A stretch of 64,000 bases of DNA from Octopus sinensis (GCF_006345805.1 NC_043002.1:108190001-108254000); one strand, 5' to 3'; shown: positions 1 through 12,350, numbered from the stretch's first letter. Notes: generated by a model not told the origin, from the letters alone. A program made the numbers and translations.

Positions 1-3000
1 TGAATCTGGCAGAGTTTCTATGGCTGGATGCCCTTCCTAACGCCAACCACTCCGTGAGTGGATTGGGTGCTTTTTACGTGCCACCTGCACAGGGGCCGGA
101 GGGTCCGGCATCGTCACGATCGGTTCGAGCATTTTAACGTGTCAGCGGCACGGGGGCAACGAGGTCCGGGGTACTTTGGGGATCGGGGTACTTTGGGGAT
201 CCAGGGTACTTTGGGGATCCGGGGTACTTAGAATGGGTAGGGGGTATGTGGAATTGCTGCAGAAAGCAGCCTGGGTCTTTGTAGTCACAGCATATCTCCA
301 GAGATCTCGGTCCTTCGCCATTGCCTCAGTGAGGCCCAATGCTCTGAGGTCATGCTTGACCACCTCATCCCATGTCTTCCTGGGTCTACCTCTCCCCCTG
401 ATACCTTCAACTGTTTGGGAGTGGCACTTCTTCACACATCTCTCTTCATCCATCCGCAGCACATGACCATACCATCGCAAGCGTCGCTCTTGCACACCAC
501 ATCTGATGCTTCTTATATCCAGCATTTCTCTCAGGATACTTACACTCTGTTTTGAGTGCACACTGACACTACACATCCAGCGGATCATGCTAGCTTCATT
601 TCTTTCAAGTCTACGCATGTCTTCTGCAGTCACAGCCCATGTTTCATTACCGTGAAGCATGGCAGTTCGCACACATGTATCATACAATCTACCTTTTGCT
701 CTGAGGGAGAGACCTTTTGTTGCCAGTAGGGGTAGGAGCTTTCTGAACTTTGCCCAGGCTATTCGTATTCTAGTGGTGATACTCTCTGTGCATCCACCTC
801 CGCTACTAACTTGGTCTCCCAGGTAGCGGAAACTATCAACTACTTCTAGTTTCTCTCCCTGGAGTGTGATGGAATCTGTTTTCTGAGTGTCTGTTGTGTC
901 TATTGTCCCTGTGCATCTCTGCCGCACATGAAAGCTATCTTATCTGTTAATTTCCCTTTAATGTTGCTGCACCTCTTATGTGTCCATAACTTACATTGGG
1001 TGCATCTTATGGAGTTTCTACCTGTACCTTTCCTACAGGTTGAGCAGGCCACCTACCCGAGGGGATGTGTGCTGAGTACCTCTTGCTGCTTACTAATACT
1101 TTGGTCTTTGCTACATTTATTCTAAGGCCCTTTGATTCCAACCCTTGCTTCCACACCCGAAATTTCTCTTCTAGTTCCGGTAGTGATTCTGCTATGAGAG
1201 CTAGGTCATCGGCATAGAGGAGCTCCCAGGGGCATCCCGTTTTGAATTCCTCTGTTATTGCCTGAAGGACTATGATTAATAAAAGGGGACTGAGGGCTGA
1301 GCCCTGGTGCACACCTACTTCTACCCGGAATTCTTCACTATATTCGTTGCCAATCCTAACCTTGCTGACAGCCTCTCTGTATAGAGCCTGTACAGCCCTT
1401 ATTAGCCATTCTTCAATCTCCAGTTTCCGCATCGACCACCAGATAAGGGAACGGGGAACCCTGTCAAAGGCTTTCTCCAAGTCTACAAAAGCTATGTAGA
1501 GGGGTTATCTTTAGCTAGGTACTTCTCTGCAGTTGTCGGACCAGGAATATAGCATCAGTGGTGCTTCTACCTGGTACAAAACCGAACTGCATTTCATCTA
1601 AACAAATTCTCTCCCTAATGAGATTGGTTATGACCTTCTCTGAGACCTTCATCACCTGGTCCAACAGTTTGATACCTCTGTAGTTATTTCTATCTAGAGC
1701 ATCACCCTTACCCTTGTAGCAGTTGACTGGTGCTGCTGCACCAGTCATTGGGTATGACTCCATTGTGAACTACCTGGTTTACAATGCGGTGTGACTATGG
1801 CATAGCCCACATAGCCAGCTGTTTTAAGCATCTCAGCAGTGATTCCTGATAGGCCAGGGGCTTTGCCTGGTTTCATATCCTTAATTGCCTTATCTACAAG
1901 GGAGCTGTCTATTCGGGTAGCTGGTCCCTCTACTGGGTCAACATTTGGCAGGCTCTCCTCCTCCCATTCATTCTCCTCATTCAGCAGTCTTTCATAATGG
2001 CTTCTCCAAGCCTCTTTCTTTTCACTAGTAGTAAAAGCAAGTGCCCCATCATCCATGCGGACAAATTTCTCTCCTATAACATCGCTATTTTCTCTGACAC
2101 ACTGTCTGGCAATCCAAAATACTTCAGCTCTTTGATCCTCGTGACGCTGGACATTGGCAAACTTCTTCTTTTCTGCTACATCTTTGGCAATGTATACCTG
2201 CCGCCCAGCCTCCCTTTTGGCTATCTGGTACAGTTCCCTGCTGCCCCCATCCTTCCAGGCTTTCCAGGCCCGTCTCTTTTCACAGATGGCTTTATCTACT
2301 GCACTATTCCACCACCACGTAATTCTAGGTCTGGAAGGGACTTTGCACCATCCACAGACTTGGTCTGTGGCACTCAACAAGCTGTCCCGTAGGAATTCCC
2401 AGCTACCTTCTATGTCTGACGTCTGAAGCTCCTCCTCCCTCTCATCAAATTCTTGATGAGTATGTCCCTAAATTTCTGACCATGCGAAGGGTTCTTTAGC
2501 CTCCAAATCCTTCTTTTCTGGATTGGTTTGTTTCTTGGAGTCCTTCTGGCCTCAAGCTTAAAGTCACTGATGATTAGTCTATGCTGAGGGATACATTCTT
2601 CACCCGGGAGGGTCTTTGTATTCAAGAGCAACCCTGCATCCCGTTGTCTGGTGAGGATGAAGTCTATTTGGCTAGCGGAGTCTCCTGACTGATAAGTTAT
2701 AAGGTGGCAGACTGGCTTCTTGAAGTTAGTGTTGCAGATTGAAAGGTTACATGCATCACAGAATTCCAGCAGTCTAGTTCCCTCATCATTTCTGGTGCCA
2801 ATACCATAGCCACCATGTACCCCAGTGAAGATACCCGATTCCCGCCCAACATGCCCATTAAAATCTCCACCTACAAAGATGAGGTCCTTGTTACTAGTCT
2901 TTGAAGTAGCTGCAGAAGGGTATCATAAAAGTTGTCCTTCTGATCATTTGGTAGTCCCGCTTGTGGGGCATAGGCTGAGATAATCATAGCTGTGCCACTC

Positions 3001-3280
3001 TGTAGGACCAACCTGAGCTTAAGCACTCTATCACAAACCCTGACAACCTCTATGACCTTATCCACCCATTCCTCCGCAAGGAGAATGCCTACACCCCCTA
3101 CACCTTCCGCGTTACCTTGCCAGTAGAGTTTGTACCTAAGTGCCTTGCCCGTGAGGACCCTAGCCGAAGCATCTCTCCATCTTACCTCTTGTATGCAGCA
3201 TACATCAACCTGTCTTCTCTCTAGCATCTCTACAATCTCACTAGACTTGCCTGTCAATGTACCAACATTGATAGTGCATA
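1..3280 (-). mobile_element. Decayed RTE-clade non-LTR retrotransposon (APE endonuclease + RT, single ORF broken by frameshifts/stops); 3' UTR runs off the left edge
   Basis: Collinear minus-strand ORF pieces: 2871-3257 (TINVGTLTGK..DVCCIQEVRW..ISAYAPQ, APE), 2410-2631, 1745-2380, 1515-1763 (YKGKGD..NYRGIKLL..QFGF), 1007-1480 (EKAFDRVPR..GVHQGSALSPLL..LLYADDLAL), 142-927 (FRYLG..RRLRWYGHVLRM..GRGRPRKTW). Motifs match RTE-clade knowledge. Confidence 0.93.
166..229. repeat. 17-18 bp tandem repeat (ccggggtactttggggat) x ~3.6 in the LINE 3' region
   Basis: Directly visible; yields the STPDPQ-like repeat in ORF 142-927. Confidence 0.85.
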
Positions 3281-3392
3281 CGACAGGCTTCTTTCAGTTT
3301 CCGTCTACCAAATCCACTCACAAGGCATTGGTCGGCCCGGGGCTATAGTAGAAGACACTTGCCCAAGATGCCATGCAGTGGGACTGAACCCA
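3281..3392 (-). mobile_element. Partial SINE family 1 (tRNA head/CORE-like) abutting the LINE 5' end
   Basis: cgacaggcttctttcagtttccgtctaccaaatccactcacaagg...gggactgaacc matches full copies such as 36534-36942. Confidence 0.85.
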
Positions 3393-4899
3393 CTGTTTCT
3401 GCCAGCTCAACAATTTTTGTATTTCCACTCATTTTTGTTGATATTCAACTTTGAAAATTTTGTAAACCATCAAAAGCAGAAACTTATTTATCTTGGTTAT
3501 ATTATCTGGTGTATACTTATATTGAAAAAACAACAGGATATGACTGGAGGGAGATTTGGCTGATATTTCTAGCAGATAGGAGCTCCTGCATTGTGCTAAT
3601 GGTGTTGGGTGGTGTGGAAGATGACAACTGACAACAAAAGTATTTAAGTCTTGGAGTGGATACTTCAGTCTTCACTTCAATAGTTTATTACTTGGCTGTC
3701 ATAACAGACTACGGCATTAATCGACGACACCAGCCAATTGTAGGATGGCTGATATCAAATCATACTAATTAACACACACTTGTCACCATAATTATGTAAT
3801 TATGTTGTACAGAAAACATGAAGACAGTCTCCTTATTTAAACATTTATTTAACAAAGATGTTGTTGTTGTTTTTTAATGATACGGAAAGGAGAATCACAT
3901 GCTGAAAGAGAGGGGATGGGGGGGAATAAGGAATGTGAAAGAGGAGGAGGAGAGGAATGGATAAGAAGACAAAAAAGAGAAAGAAAATTGTGAGAAAGAG
4001 AGGAATAAGAATAAAGGAAAGATACGAACGAGAAGGAATTTAAATAAATAAAACAATGGAGAACTGAGTGAGGATGAAGTAAATATTGGGGGGGGGAAGT
4101 AGAATTAGAGCAAAGTGAAAAATTAAATAGCGCTCTATCAAATATTGATTTCAAATTTTGGCACAAGGCCCGCAATTTCGTGGGAGGCGTTAAGTTGGTT
4201 ACATTAACCCCCAGTGATCAACTAGTACTTATTCTATCAAGGATGAAAGGCATCATCAACCTCAGCAGAATTTGGGCTCAGAATATAAAGACAGATGAAA
4301 TGTCACGAAGAATTTTGTCAGGAGTGTTAACAATTCTGCCATCTCACCACCTTTGTGTTCTGTCTGATATTAATTATCTTAAGATGGTAGTGGGTTTAAT
4401 TAATTGTCTTAATTAGGTAGAATGAATAAAGTCTTACAATATTTACTAAGACCCTTTTATGTCTAGAGTTCAAACCCAGTCAGGGTTGACTTTGAGTTTC
4501 ATTCTTCTGGGATTTTGAAAATAAGTCCCAATCAAGAAAAACTGGGGCCATGTAAATTGCTCAAAATTTGTCTGTGACTTTGTTAAGTTTGAAAGTATTC
4601 TAAAACATTAAATCTATTGAAACAGTGAAGATGGCCGAGACGTTGCCGGATTGGCTAGTTGGTCTTAGTCCAATGAAAGTAAACAGTGGCAGGATTTGAC
4701 CTGAGGTCAATGAGTACTAAATAATGATAACAATCAAACCTCAAGCTAAAATTCCAACTACTAATTAGATTAATTAAATTGACTATATCCTTTTTTTCAT
4801 TTAACATATACAGGTATGTTCCATACTGAGATGGATAAGACAGTTTCATAGAATGAGTTTTGGTTCAAAGACCGCATCATGCTCCAATGCTTGGCATTT

Positions 4900-5409
4900 G
4901 GCATTGACCATGTTCAGATGGTGCTTTTTACTTGCTGCCAGCACAGGAGCCAGTCATTGGGGCACTGGCATGACCATGTTCAGATGGTGCTTTTTACTTG
5001 CTGCCAGCACAGGAGCCAGTCATTGGGGCACTGGCATTGACCATGTTCAGATGGTGCTTTTTACTTGCTGCCAGCACAGGAGCCAGTCATTGGGGCACTG
5101 GCATTGACCATGTTCAGATGGTGCTTTTTACTTGCTGCCAGCACAGGAGCCAGTCATTGGGGCACTGGCATTGACCATGTTCAGATGGTGCTTTTTACTT
5201 GCTGCCAGCACAGGAGCCAGTCATTGGGGCACTGGCATTGACCATGTTTGGATGGTGCTTTTTACTTGCTGCCAGCACAGGAGCCAGTCATTGGGGCACT
5301 GGCATTGACCATGTTTGGATGGTACTTTTTACGTGCTACCAACACAGGAGCCAGTCAGGTGGGGGAGAGGGCACTGGCATCAACCATGTTCGGATGGTGC
5401 TTTTTACGT
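4900..5409. repeat. 67-bp minisatellite, ~7.5 units, derived from the RTE 3' UTR subrepeat
   Basis: Unit ggcattgaccatgttcagatggtgctttttacttgctgccagcacaggagccagtcattggggcact starts at 4900, 4967, 5033, 5100, 5167, 5234, 5301, 5376; homologous to 40175-40320. Confidence 0.92.
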
Positions 5410-5718
5410 TCCTTGTTTTTCTCAGTACTTTGCTCTAAAATAATTAAATACTCATCATTCTGAGTCTTGGTTTTCCAAATATTTGCTGTTCTGAGTTTTT
5501 AATCCTTCAGGATTTCAATATCTAATTTTTCCATTCTTTGAAATTCAGACATCTTGCATTTAACCCAACCCCATCAAACAAATCTTTCTACAGAGTGTAC
5601 TTAGTATAAAACTATAGAAGTACAAAGAGAGTGCAGTAGAATATGCAGAAATAGATTCCTTCAAGACTTAGTTGATAACTTTTGTTCTTCACCAGCAATA
5701 TAGTGTAGGAGTTTATGC

Positions 5719-6101
5719 GGAGGCGCAATGGCCCAGTGGTTAGGGCAGCAGACTCGCGGTCATAGGATCGCGGTTTCGATTCCCATACCGGGCGTTGTGA
5801 GTGTTTATTGAGCGAAAACACCTAAAGCTCCACAAGGCTCCGGCAGGGGATGGTGGTGATCCCTGCTGTACTTTTTCACCACAACTTTCTCTCACTCTTA
5901 CTTCCTGTTTCTGTTGTACCTGTATTTCAAAGGGCCGGCCTTGTCACTCTCTGTGTCACGCTGAATATCCCCGAGAACTACGTTGAGGGTACACGTGTCT
6001 GTGGAGTGCTCAGCCACTTACACGTTAATTTCACAAGCAGGCTGTTCCATTGATTCGGATCAACCGGAACCCTCGTCGTCGTAACCAACGGAGTGCTTCC
6101 A
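5719..6101 (+). mobile_element. SINE family 3 (tRNA-derived head, tail A), full length
   Basis: A box tggcccagtggtt, B box ggtttcgattccc; 3' stem-loop gtcg-taac-caac and (tcca)n tail; 14-bp TSD agtgtaggagttta at 5702-5715 and 6109-6122. Confidence 0.92.
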
Positions 6102-6408
6102 TCCATCCAGTGTAGGAGTTTAATTAAGTGGTTGTCTGAAAGCATAATTACCAAGCACAGGCATGGCTATGTGATAAGAAGCTGCTTCCCAACCACATTG
6201 TTCTGGGTTCAGTTCTACTGCATGGTACCTTAGGCAAGGGCCTTCTACTATAGCCTCAGGCCAACCAAAGCCTTGTGAGTGGATTTGGAAGATGGAAACT
6301 GAAAGAAACCCATCGTATGTATATATATCATCATCATCGTTTAACATCTGTTTTCCATGCTAGCATTAGTTCTGTAGTTTCTTGAAGCCTGCTGTTATTA
6401 TTTTTTAT

Positions 6409-6637
6409 TTCTTTATTGCCCACAAGGGGCTAAACTTAGAGGGGACAAACAAGGATAGACAAAGGGATTAAGTCGATTACATCGACCCTAGTGCGTAACT
6501 GGTACTTAATTTATCGACCCCAAAAGGATGAAAGACAAAGTCAACCTCAGCAGAATTTGAACTCAGAATGTAGCGGCAGACGAAATACCGCTAAGAATTT
6601 CGCACAGCGTGCTAACGATTCTGCCAGCTCACCGCCT
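6409..6637 (-). mobile_element. SINE family 2 (tail A)
   Basis: Reverse complement of ggcgagctggcagaa..gagttcaaattc..gcctttcatcctttcggggtcgataaattaagtaccag..ccccttgtgggcaataaagaaata. Confidence 0.9.
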
Positions 6638-7344
6638 TCAAGTCAGGGTAAATACTAAAACAAAAAAAAATAGTCAAAAGGAATGTAAAAATCTGTGATT
6701 AAATCATTAGAATTTCAAGAAAAACCATTTCAGTTTTACAGGTTTCTCTGGTAAATAATTAAAAGTAGGTTATTGTAAGGAAAGCCTCATAGTCTTTTAT
6801 GGTTGTATTTAGATTTAGCAGCAAATTCTTCAATTAACCAACATGTAAACAGTGAAATAAAAATTGGCTTAAAGAGAGGAAGTGTATGGTTTAGGAGATG
6901 TGGAGTAGTTTAATGCAAGCAGTGTATGGGGTGGATTTATGTGTGTGTATGTTGATATGTATACAGTGGAGAAGGGTTGAGTTAAAAAAGCCTGTTGACC
7001 TCTGACCACTGCTTAGGGTGGAACAGGAAGTAGATACTAAAAGACCAAGTTTGGTGACATGACATAATAAAAGGGAATGTTTATAGTTCAAAGGAAAATG
7101 CCTAAATGGAGCAGTGAGAGGAGGGTATGGGACCGGGTGGGTGGGTAGGCGGGAGGCTCGGGGTGGGTGGGTAGGCAGGAGGCTATGTAAGATGGCTGAT
7201 AACTGAATGACTGAAATGAGACTGAATAAAAGTTAAAACTGGTTTAGTGGCAAGATAGACGATGGACGGATGTTTTTGTACTTTTATCTCTCAGCAAATG
7301 ATGACCATTCAATTTTTTTTCCTCTTTCTATTTCTAAATCTTAA

Positions 7345-7554
7345 CCCTTTCGTTACTGTATTTATTTTGAGATGCTCTTTGTTTCCTTCAATTACTTTAA
7401 ATATAACAAAGAATTTGGTAAAATAACTTCATTATCATTCAGCCAATGTTAGGAACATAAATTGTGACTAAGGTTTGATGGAAGATTTTAATTCCAAACT
7501 TATGAAAATAAGACATTTGTACTCAGAGCCAGAGCCGGGTTGGTAACGAAAGGG
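7345..7554. mobile_element. piggyBac-type MITE family A
   Basis: TTAA at 7341-7344 and 7555-7558; TIR ccctttcgttac / gtaacgaaaggg. TTAA-CCC...GGG-TTAA is the piggyBac signature. Confidence 0.88.
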
Positions 7555-7658
7555 TTAAACAACCTCCATGTTAAATACATTAGTGAGTCCTTGATGCAAT
7601 TCTCAAGCTTGATGGGCTTCAACACAGTTTTCATTTACCCAAGAATATGGTAAAACAA

Positions 7659-7890
7659 AGGTGGTGAGCTGGCAGAAACGTTAGCAATCCGGGCAAAATG
7701 CTTAGCAGTATTTCGTCCGTCTTCACGTTCTGAGTTCAAATTTCGCCAAGGTCGACTTTGCCTTTCATCCTTTCGGGGTTGATAAATTAAGTACCAGTTA
7801 CGCACTGGGGTCGATGTAATCGACATAATCCCCTTGTCTGTCCTTGTTTGACCCCTCTATGTTTAGCCCCTTGTGGGCAATAAAGAAATA
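7659..7890 (+). mobile_element. SINE family 2 (tail A)
   Basis: Same consensus as 6409-6637, opposite strand. Confidence 0.9.
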
Positions 7891-8195
7891 AAAAAATAAT
7901 AACAGCATGCTTCAAGAAACTACAGAACTAATAGACACATATAGTTGGGACACATAAAGTAGACATATTGTACTTATATAAACATATACATCATTGTTTT
8001 AATATCTACTTTTCCATGCTTGAATGGGTTTGATCTGAGTCATTTGGACCAAATTTTCTATAGCTGGATGCCTTTCTTGTTACCATTCCTCACCTGTTTC
8101 CAAGCAAGGTATATGTTTCCATGCATGGTGTAACTGATTTATTTACCATTATCACTATGCTATATATACGACTGGCCACAGAAACGAATTGTTAA

Positions 8196-8421
8196 ACGAG
8201 CTGGCAGAACCGTTAGCACGCCGGGCGAAATGCTTAGCGGAATTTCGTCAGACGTTACGTTCTGAGTTCAAATTCCGCCGAGGTAGACTTTTCCTTTCAT
8301 CCTTTCGGGGTTGATAAATAAAGTACTAGTTTCGCACTGGGGTCGATGTAATCAACTTAATCCCTTTGTCTGTCCTTGTTTGTCCCCTCTATGTTTAGCC
8401 CCTTGTGGGTAGTAAAGAAAT
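8196..8421 (+). mobile_element. SINE family 2 (tail A)
   Basis: Full head, central domain and tail visible. Confidence 0.9.
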
Positions 8422-8489
8422 ATATATTTGGTACAATATATTTAGAAGTTTGACTGTGTCATCAATTGAGACCACAACAGGCATCAACA

Positions 8490-8760
8490 GGACCAGTGCT
8501 AGAATAAGATGCTGATACTGGAACTGGATTGGATACGTCCTCAGACAAGATCAAGAAAGTATGGTGATACTAAAGTGGAATCCTGGGAAGAAAAGAGCAG
8601 CATGGTGCCTTAAAACCGAAGGACGAAGGACCATTGACAAGGAAAAGAGATGAGAAGAGTGGAGAAGCTGGAATGAGACCAGAACAGTGGAGGAAAACGA
8701 GCTGGTTGGGGAGATCATGTTGCAGCCTTATGTGCCTCGTGGCACAGAGAGAACTGTGTT
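8490..8760 (+). mobile_element. Degenerate RTE-like LINE 3' fragment (second family)
   Basis: Translates to WNWIGYVLRQDQES..LKWNP-GK-R..RRTIDKE, resembling the RTE C-terminal WxWIGHVLR..WTPEGKRxRGRP region. Confidence 0.6.
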
Positions 8761-8890
8761 GTAATTTAGATAAGAGTAGATGTAGGTAAATCATGCCAAG
8801 GATCAGTATTTCTTGAACTTTTGATGGTTGTTCATAGGAAAGTGAGAGATCTTTATGACAGTATGAATAGTTATATATGTTGGGGAATGT

Positions 8891-9260
8891 GGAGGCGCAA
8901 TGGCCCAGTGGTTAGGGCAGCGGACTCGCGGTTTCGATTCCCAGACCGGGCGTTGTGAGTATTTATTGAGCGAAAACACCTAAAAGCTCCACGAGGCTCC
9001 GGCAGGGGATGGTGGTGATCCCTGCTGTACTCTTTTAGCACAACTTTCTCTCACTCTTACTTCCTGTTTCTGTTGTACCTGTATTTCAAAAGGCCGGCCT
9101 TGTCACTCTCTGTGTCACGCTGAATATCCCCGAGAACTACGTTAAGGGTGCACGTGTCTGTGGAGTGCTCAGCCACTTACACGTTAATTTCACGAGCAGG
9201 CTGTTCCGTTGATTCGGATCAACCAGAACCCTCATCATCGTAACCGATGGAGTGCTTCCA
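8891..9260 (+). mobile_element. SINE family 3 (tail A)
   Basis: Near-identical to 5719-6101; TSD atgttggggaatg at 8877-8889 and 9262-9274. Confidence 0.92.
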
Positions 9261-9548
9261 CATGTTGGGGAATGCAAGCATCCATTCAGGCAGCAGGTTT
9301 TTATGGAGATGTTTGTAATTTCTTTCTGTTCTGGGGCTTTTAAAGTTTTAAATTTCCATATTGCTTTTTATTTGAGCCAATGAAAAGAAGAGGTTAAAAC
9401 TAGATGTTCTGGTGGAAAAAGCAGAATTGCTTTCCTGTTCTTGTTTTATTTGTGTTTTATCTATTTATTTTGGTGGCCGATTTCTCAAGAAATATTTGTT
9501 TGATGTTGAGGTTGTAGTTGCTGAGACCAATTATTGTTGTTGCTGCTG

Positions 9549-9749
9549 CTCTTTTACTCTTTTACTTGTTTCAGTCATTTGACTGCGACCATGCTGGAGC
9601 ACCGCCTTTAGTCGATCAAATCGACCTCAGGACTTATTCTTTGTAAGCCCAGTACTTATTCTATCGGTCTCTTTTGCCGAACCGCTAAGTGACGGGGACG
9701 TAAACACACCAGCATCGGTTGTCAAGCAATGCTAGGGGGACAAACACAG

Positions 9750-9782
<33 letters not shown>

Positions 9783-9941
9783 CGACAGGCTTCTTTCAGT
9801 TTCCGTCTACCAAATCCACTCACGAGGCATTGGTCGGCCCGGGACTATAGCAGAAGACACTTGCCCAAGATGCCACGCAGTGGGACTGAACCCAGAACCA
9901 TGTGGTTGATTAGCAAGCTACTTACCACACAGCCACTCCAG
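9549..9941 (-). mobile_element. SINE family 1, full length
   Basis: tRNA-like head, CORE-like gcaccttgggcaagtgtctt segment, internal (TA)n(TG)n, tail gactgaaacaagtaaaagag. Confidence 0.9.
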
Positions 9942-11220
9942 CTGCTGTTTTTTTTTGTTTACTTTTGTTATTCACCTTACATACAAATGTTTGCTAGTTA
10001 CATATTTTTCTGTCCCTTATTTTCGTTATTTTTTGCTATTTCCTTGTTCCACTGGTGGACTTTGCGTTTTATTATTTCAGTTGTGTGTGGTTTCAGTGGA
10101 TTGTGTTTGAGGTTGTCATTGGCTTTCATAAGCTTCTCTATTTCTGAAGTGTCATTGTATTACTTCATGTTACCTGTGCAGAAGACATCTACTAGATGTG
10201 TCTATAATTATTCCGTTGACTCTACGAGCTGCCACATCCACCCTGCTAATGATTGATGTGCTGTCCACCCTCAAACGCTTCAAGTCTTTTCCCCTGATGT
10301 AACTTATTCCATTCAGTTTCCTTGAAGTTTGTAAAAGCGGGTTTTGGCTTTCTTCATTGCTGTGTGAATGTATGGGGAAGGTAATTAGCAGCCCAAGGAA
10401 AGTATCTGGGTGATGGGATAGGGATTGTGAAGTTGTGTGATAGTTGCTGGGTATGTGGGGTAGAATGTAATACCCAAGGAAGACCTTTGTGCTTGTATGG
10501 TGGCAAAAGTGTGTGTGTGTGTTTGTTTATACTATTGTGCTTCAAATAAATCCCTCTCTCTCTTTCAGAGAGGCACTGAGCAGCTATACGCACACATACA
10601 CACACGGCAGTAACTTCCACCTACCGAATTCAATCACAAAGCTTCGGTCGGCTCGGGGCTATAGTGGAAGACACCTACCCAAAGTGCCACGCAATGGGAC
10701 TGAACCCAAAACCATGTAGGTAGGAAGCAAGCTCCCTAACCACACAGCCATGATTTATATTTTGAAAGCCTGTTATTTCCTGATATCTCTATGATGAATG
10801 CATGTGCTTGTTTATACAGTCAGTGTCCCTCTATCACGAAAGAGTCTATCTAGTTTGAAATGTTGTTCTGTGTTCATGGAGCAAAAGAGATTTTCTAAAT
10901 TATTGTTGTATGAATGTCAGGATGGAGTAATTTCTAGGCAGACAAAGGCCATGGACCATTTTCAATTCTCTACTGGAACCATTTCATTTACATATCATAA
11001 AAATAATCTAAAAGTTATGACATAATATTCTCCAGTGATATAAACTAGAAACTTCATTATTTAGAGTCATGAAGAGAGGATTGTGATCAGCAGAGAGCAA
11101 ACCTGATACTTTCAAATGTCCATGTCTCAGCGTCTCTCTCTACCGAAATCAAAACCCTATCAATTAACTGACTTCATGTCTCCAATCAGTAAAACAATTA
11201 ACAGGTATATACTGAATAAG

Positions 11221-11450
11221 GCGGCGAGCTGGCAGAAACGTTAGCACGCTGGGCGAAATGCTTAGCGGTATTTCGTCTGCGTTACATTGTGAGTTCAAAT
11301 TCCGCTGAGGTCGACTTTGCCTTTCATCCTTTCGGGGTCGATAAATTAAGTACCAGTTACGCACTGGGGTCGATGTAATCAACTTAATACCTATGTCTGT
11401 CCTTGTTTGTCCCCTCTGTGTTTAGCCCCTTGTGGGTAATAAAGAAATAG
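11221..11450 (+). mobile_element. SINE family 2 (tail A)
   Basis: 15-bp TSD aggtatatactgaat at 11203-11217 and 11449-11463. Confidence 0.92.
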
Positions 11451-11835
11451 GTATATACTGAATTCAGTCAAACTGATTGCATCACCTCCTCTTCTTCCTC
11501 CTACAAAAAAACAGAATTCATCTTCTTCCATAGGCATCACAGTTGAGATTATTCTTTCTAAGAGGAGAAGCTAAACGTGGAGTTCAAGTGTTTTTGTGGG
11601 AATCAAATAAGAAGGTGGCAACTGTTTGCTAGTCTCAAAATAATAGGAAATATCCCACCATTTTTTTTAATGGTTTCTTACATAAGAGAGGGTTAACAAG
11701 ATGGCATGACGTTCATGTATTTCTCAAGAGCTTTAACAGTGAGACAAGAGAAGGGAAATTCTTTCAACCAGGAATCAAACTTGGCTCAGGAAATATTTGC
11801 TCTGTGGAATTCGTCACATGACTTATTCTTATCAT

Positions 11836-11995
11836 CATCATCATCATCATCATTTAATGTCGATTTTCCATGCTGGTATGGGTTGGACAGTTTGAAAGAA
11901 GCTGGGAAGCTGGAGGGCTACACTGGGTTCCCATTGTCTGTTATGGCAAGGTTTCCTTGGCTGGATGCCCTTCCTAATGCCCACCACTTTACAGT
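11836..11995 (-). mobile_element. RTE 3' UTR fragment with (GAT)n tail
   Basis: (cat)n-ttaatgtcgattttccatgctgg..ggctggatgcccttcctaatgcc, homologous to positions 20-60. Confidence 0.75.
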
Positions 11996-12159
11996 GGTTG
12001 GTGTCAGTTAGTTTCTTATGTTGGTACAACACCACCATTTTTGAAGATGCTATGACAATCAACCCTTGACTTCTTCTGGCCTAAATAAACAGAATCTGAA
12101 TTCAGAGTCTAAAAGAATGCAACTAAATCCTATAATGTTTTGTGGCTTTTTGTTACATG

Positions 12160-12350
12160 GTATTCCACAAATACTCCCATACACCACACCAGATGCTCTA
12201 CAGATGTCAGCAACAAACACACCTGGAGTTCTGCAGATACTGTCATTCACTACATCTGGCACTCTACAACAGTTGTTAATCAACACACCTGGAACTCTAC
12301 ACAGGTTGCTAATCACTGTATCAGTTGCTCTACAAATGCTGCCATTTACT
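12160..12350. repeat. Degenerate 33-bp tandem repeat (~6 units), open in several frames
   Basis: Minus frame reads NGSICRATDTV/ISNLCRVPGVL/INNCCRVPDVV/NDSICRTPGVF/VADICRASGVV/YGSICGIP; plus frame shows an 11-aa TPGxLQ period. Confidence 0.7.

Noticed and set aside
4900-5409. CRISPR-like array
   Set aside because: Units are contiguous with no unique spacers, the context is eukaryotic, and the unit derives from a LINE UTR.
5719-5795. tRNA genes at SINE heads (also 8891, 12729, 27788, 41682, 60441)
   Set aside because: A/B boxes are present, but they continue into SINE bodies with TSDs and lack a complete acceptor stem or terminator.
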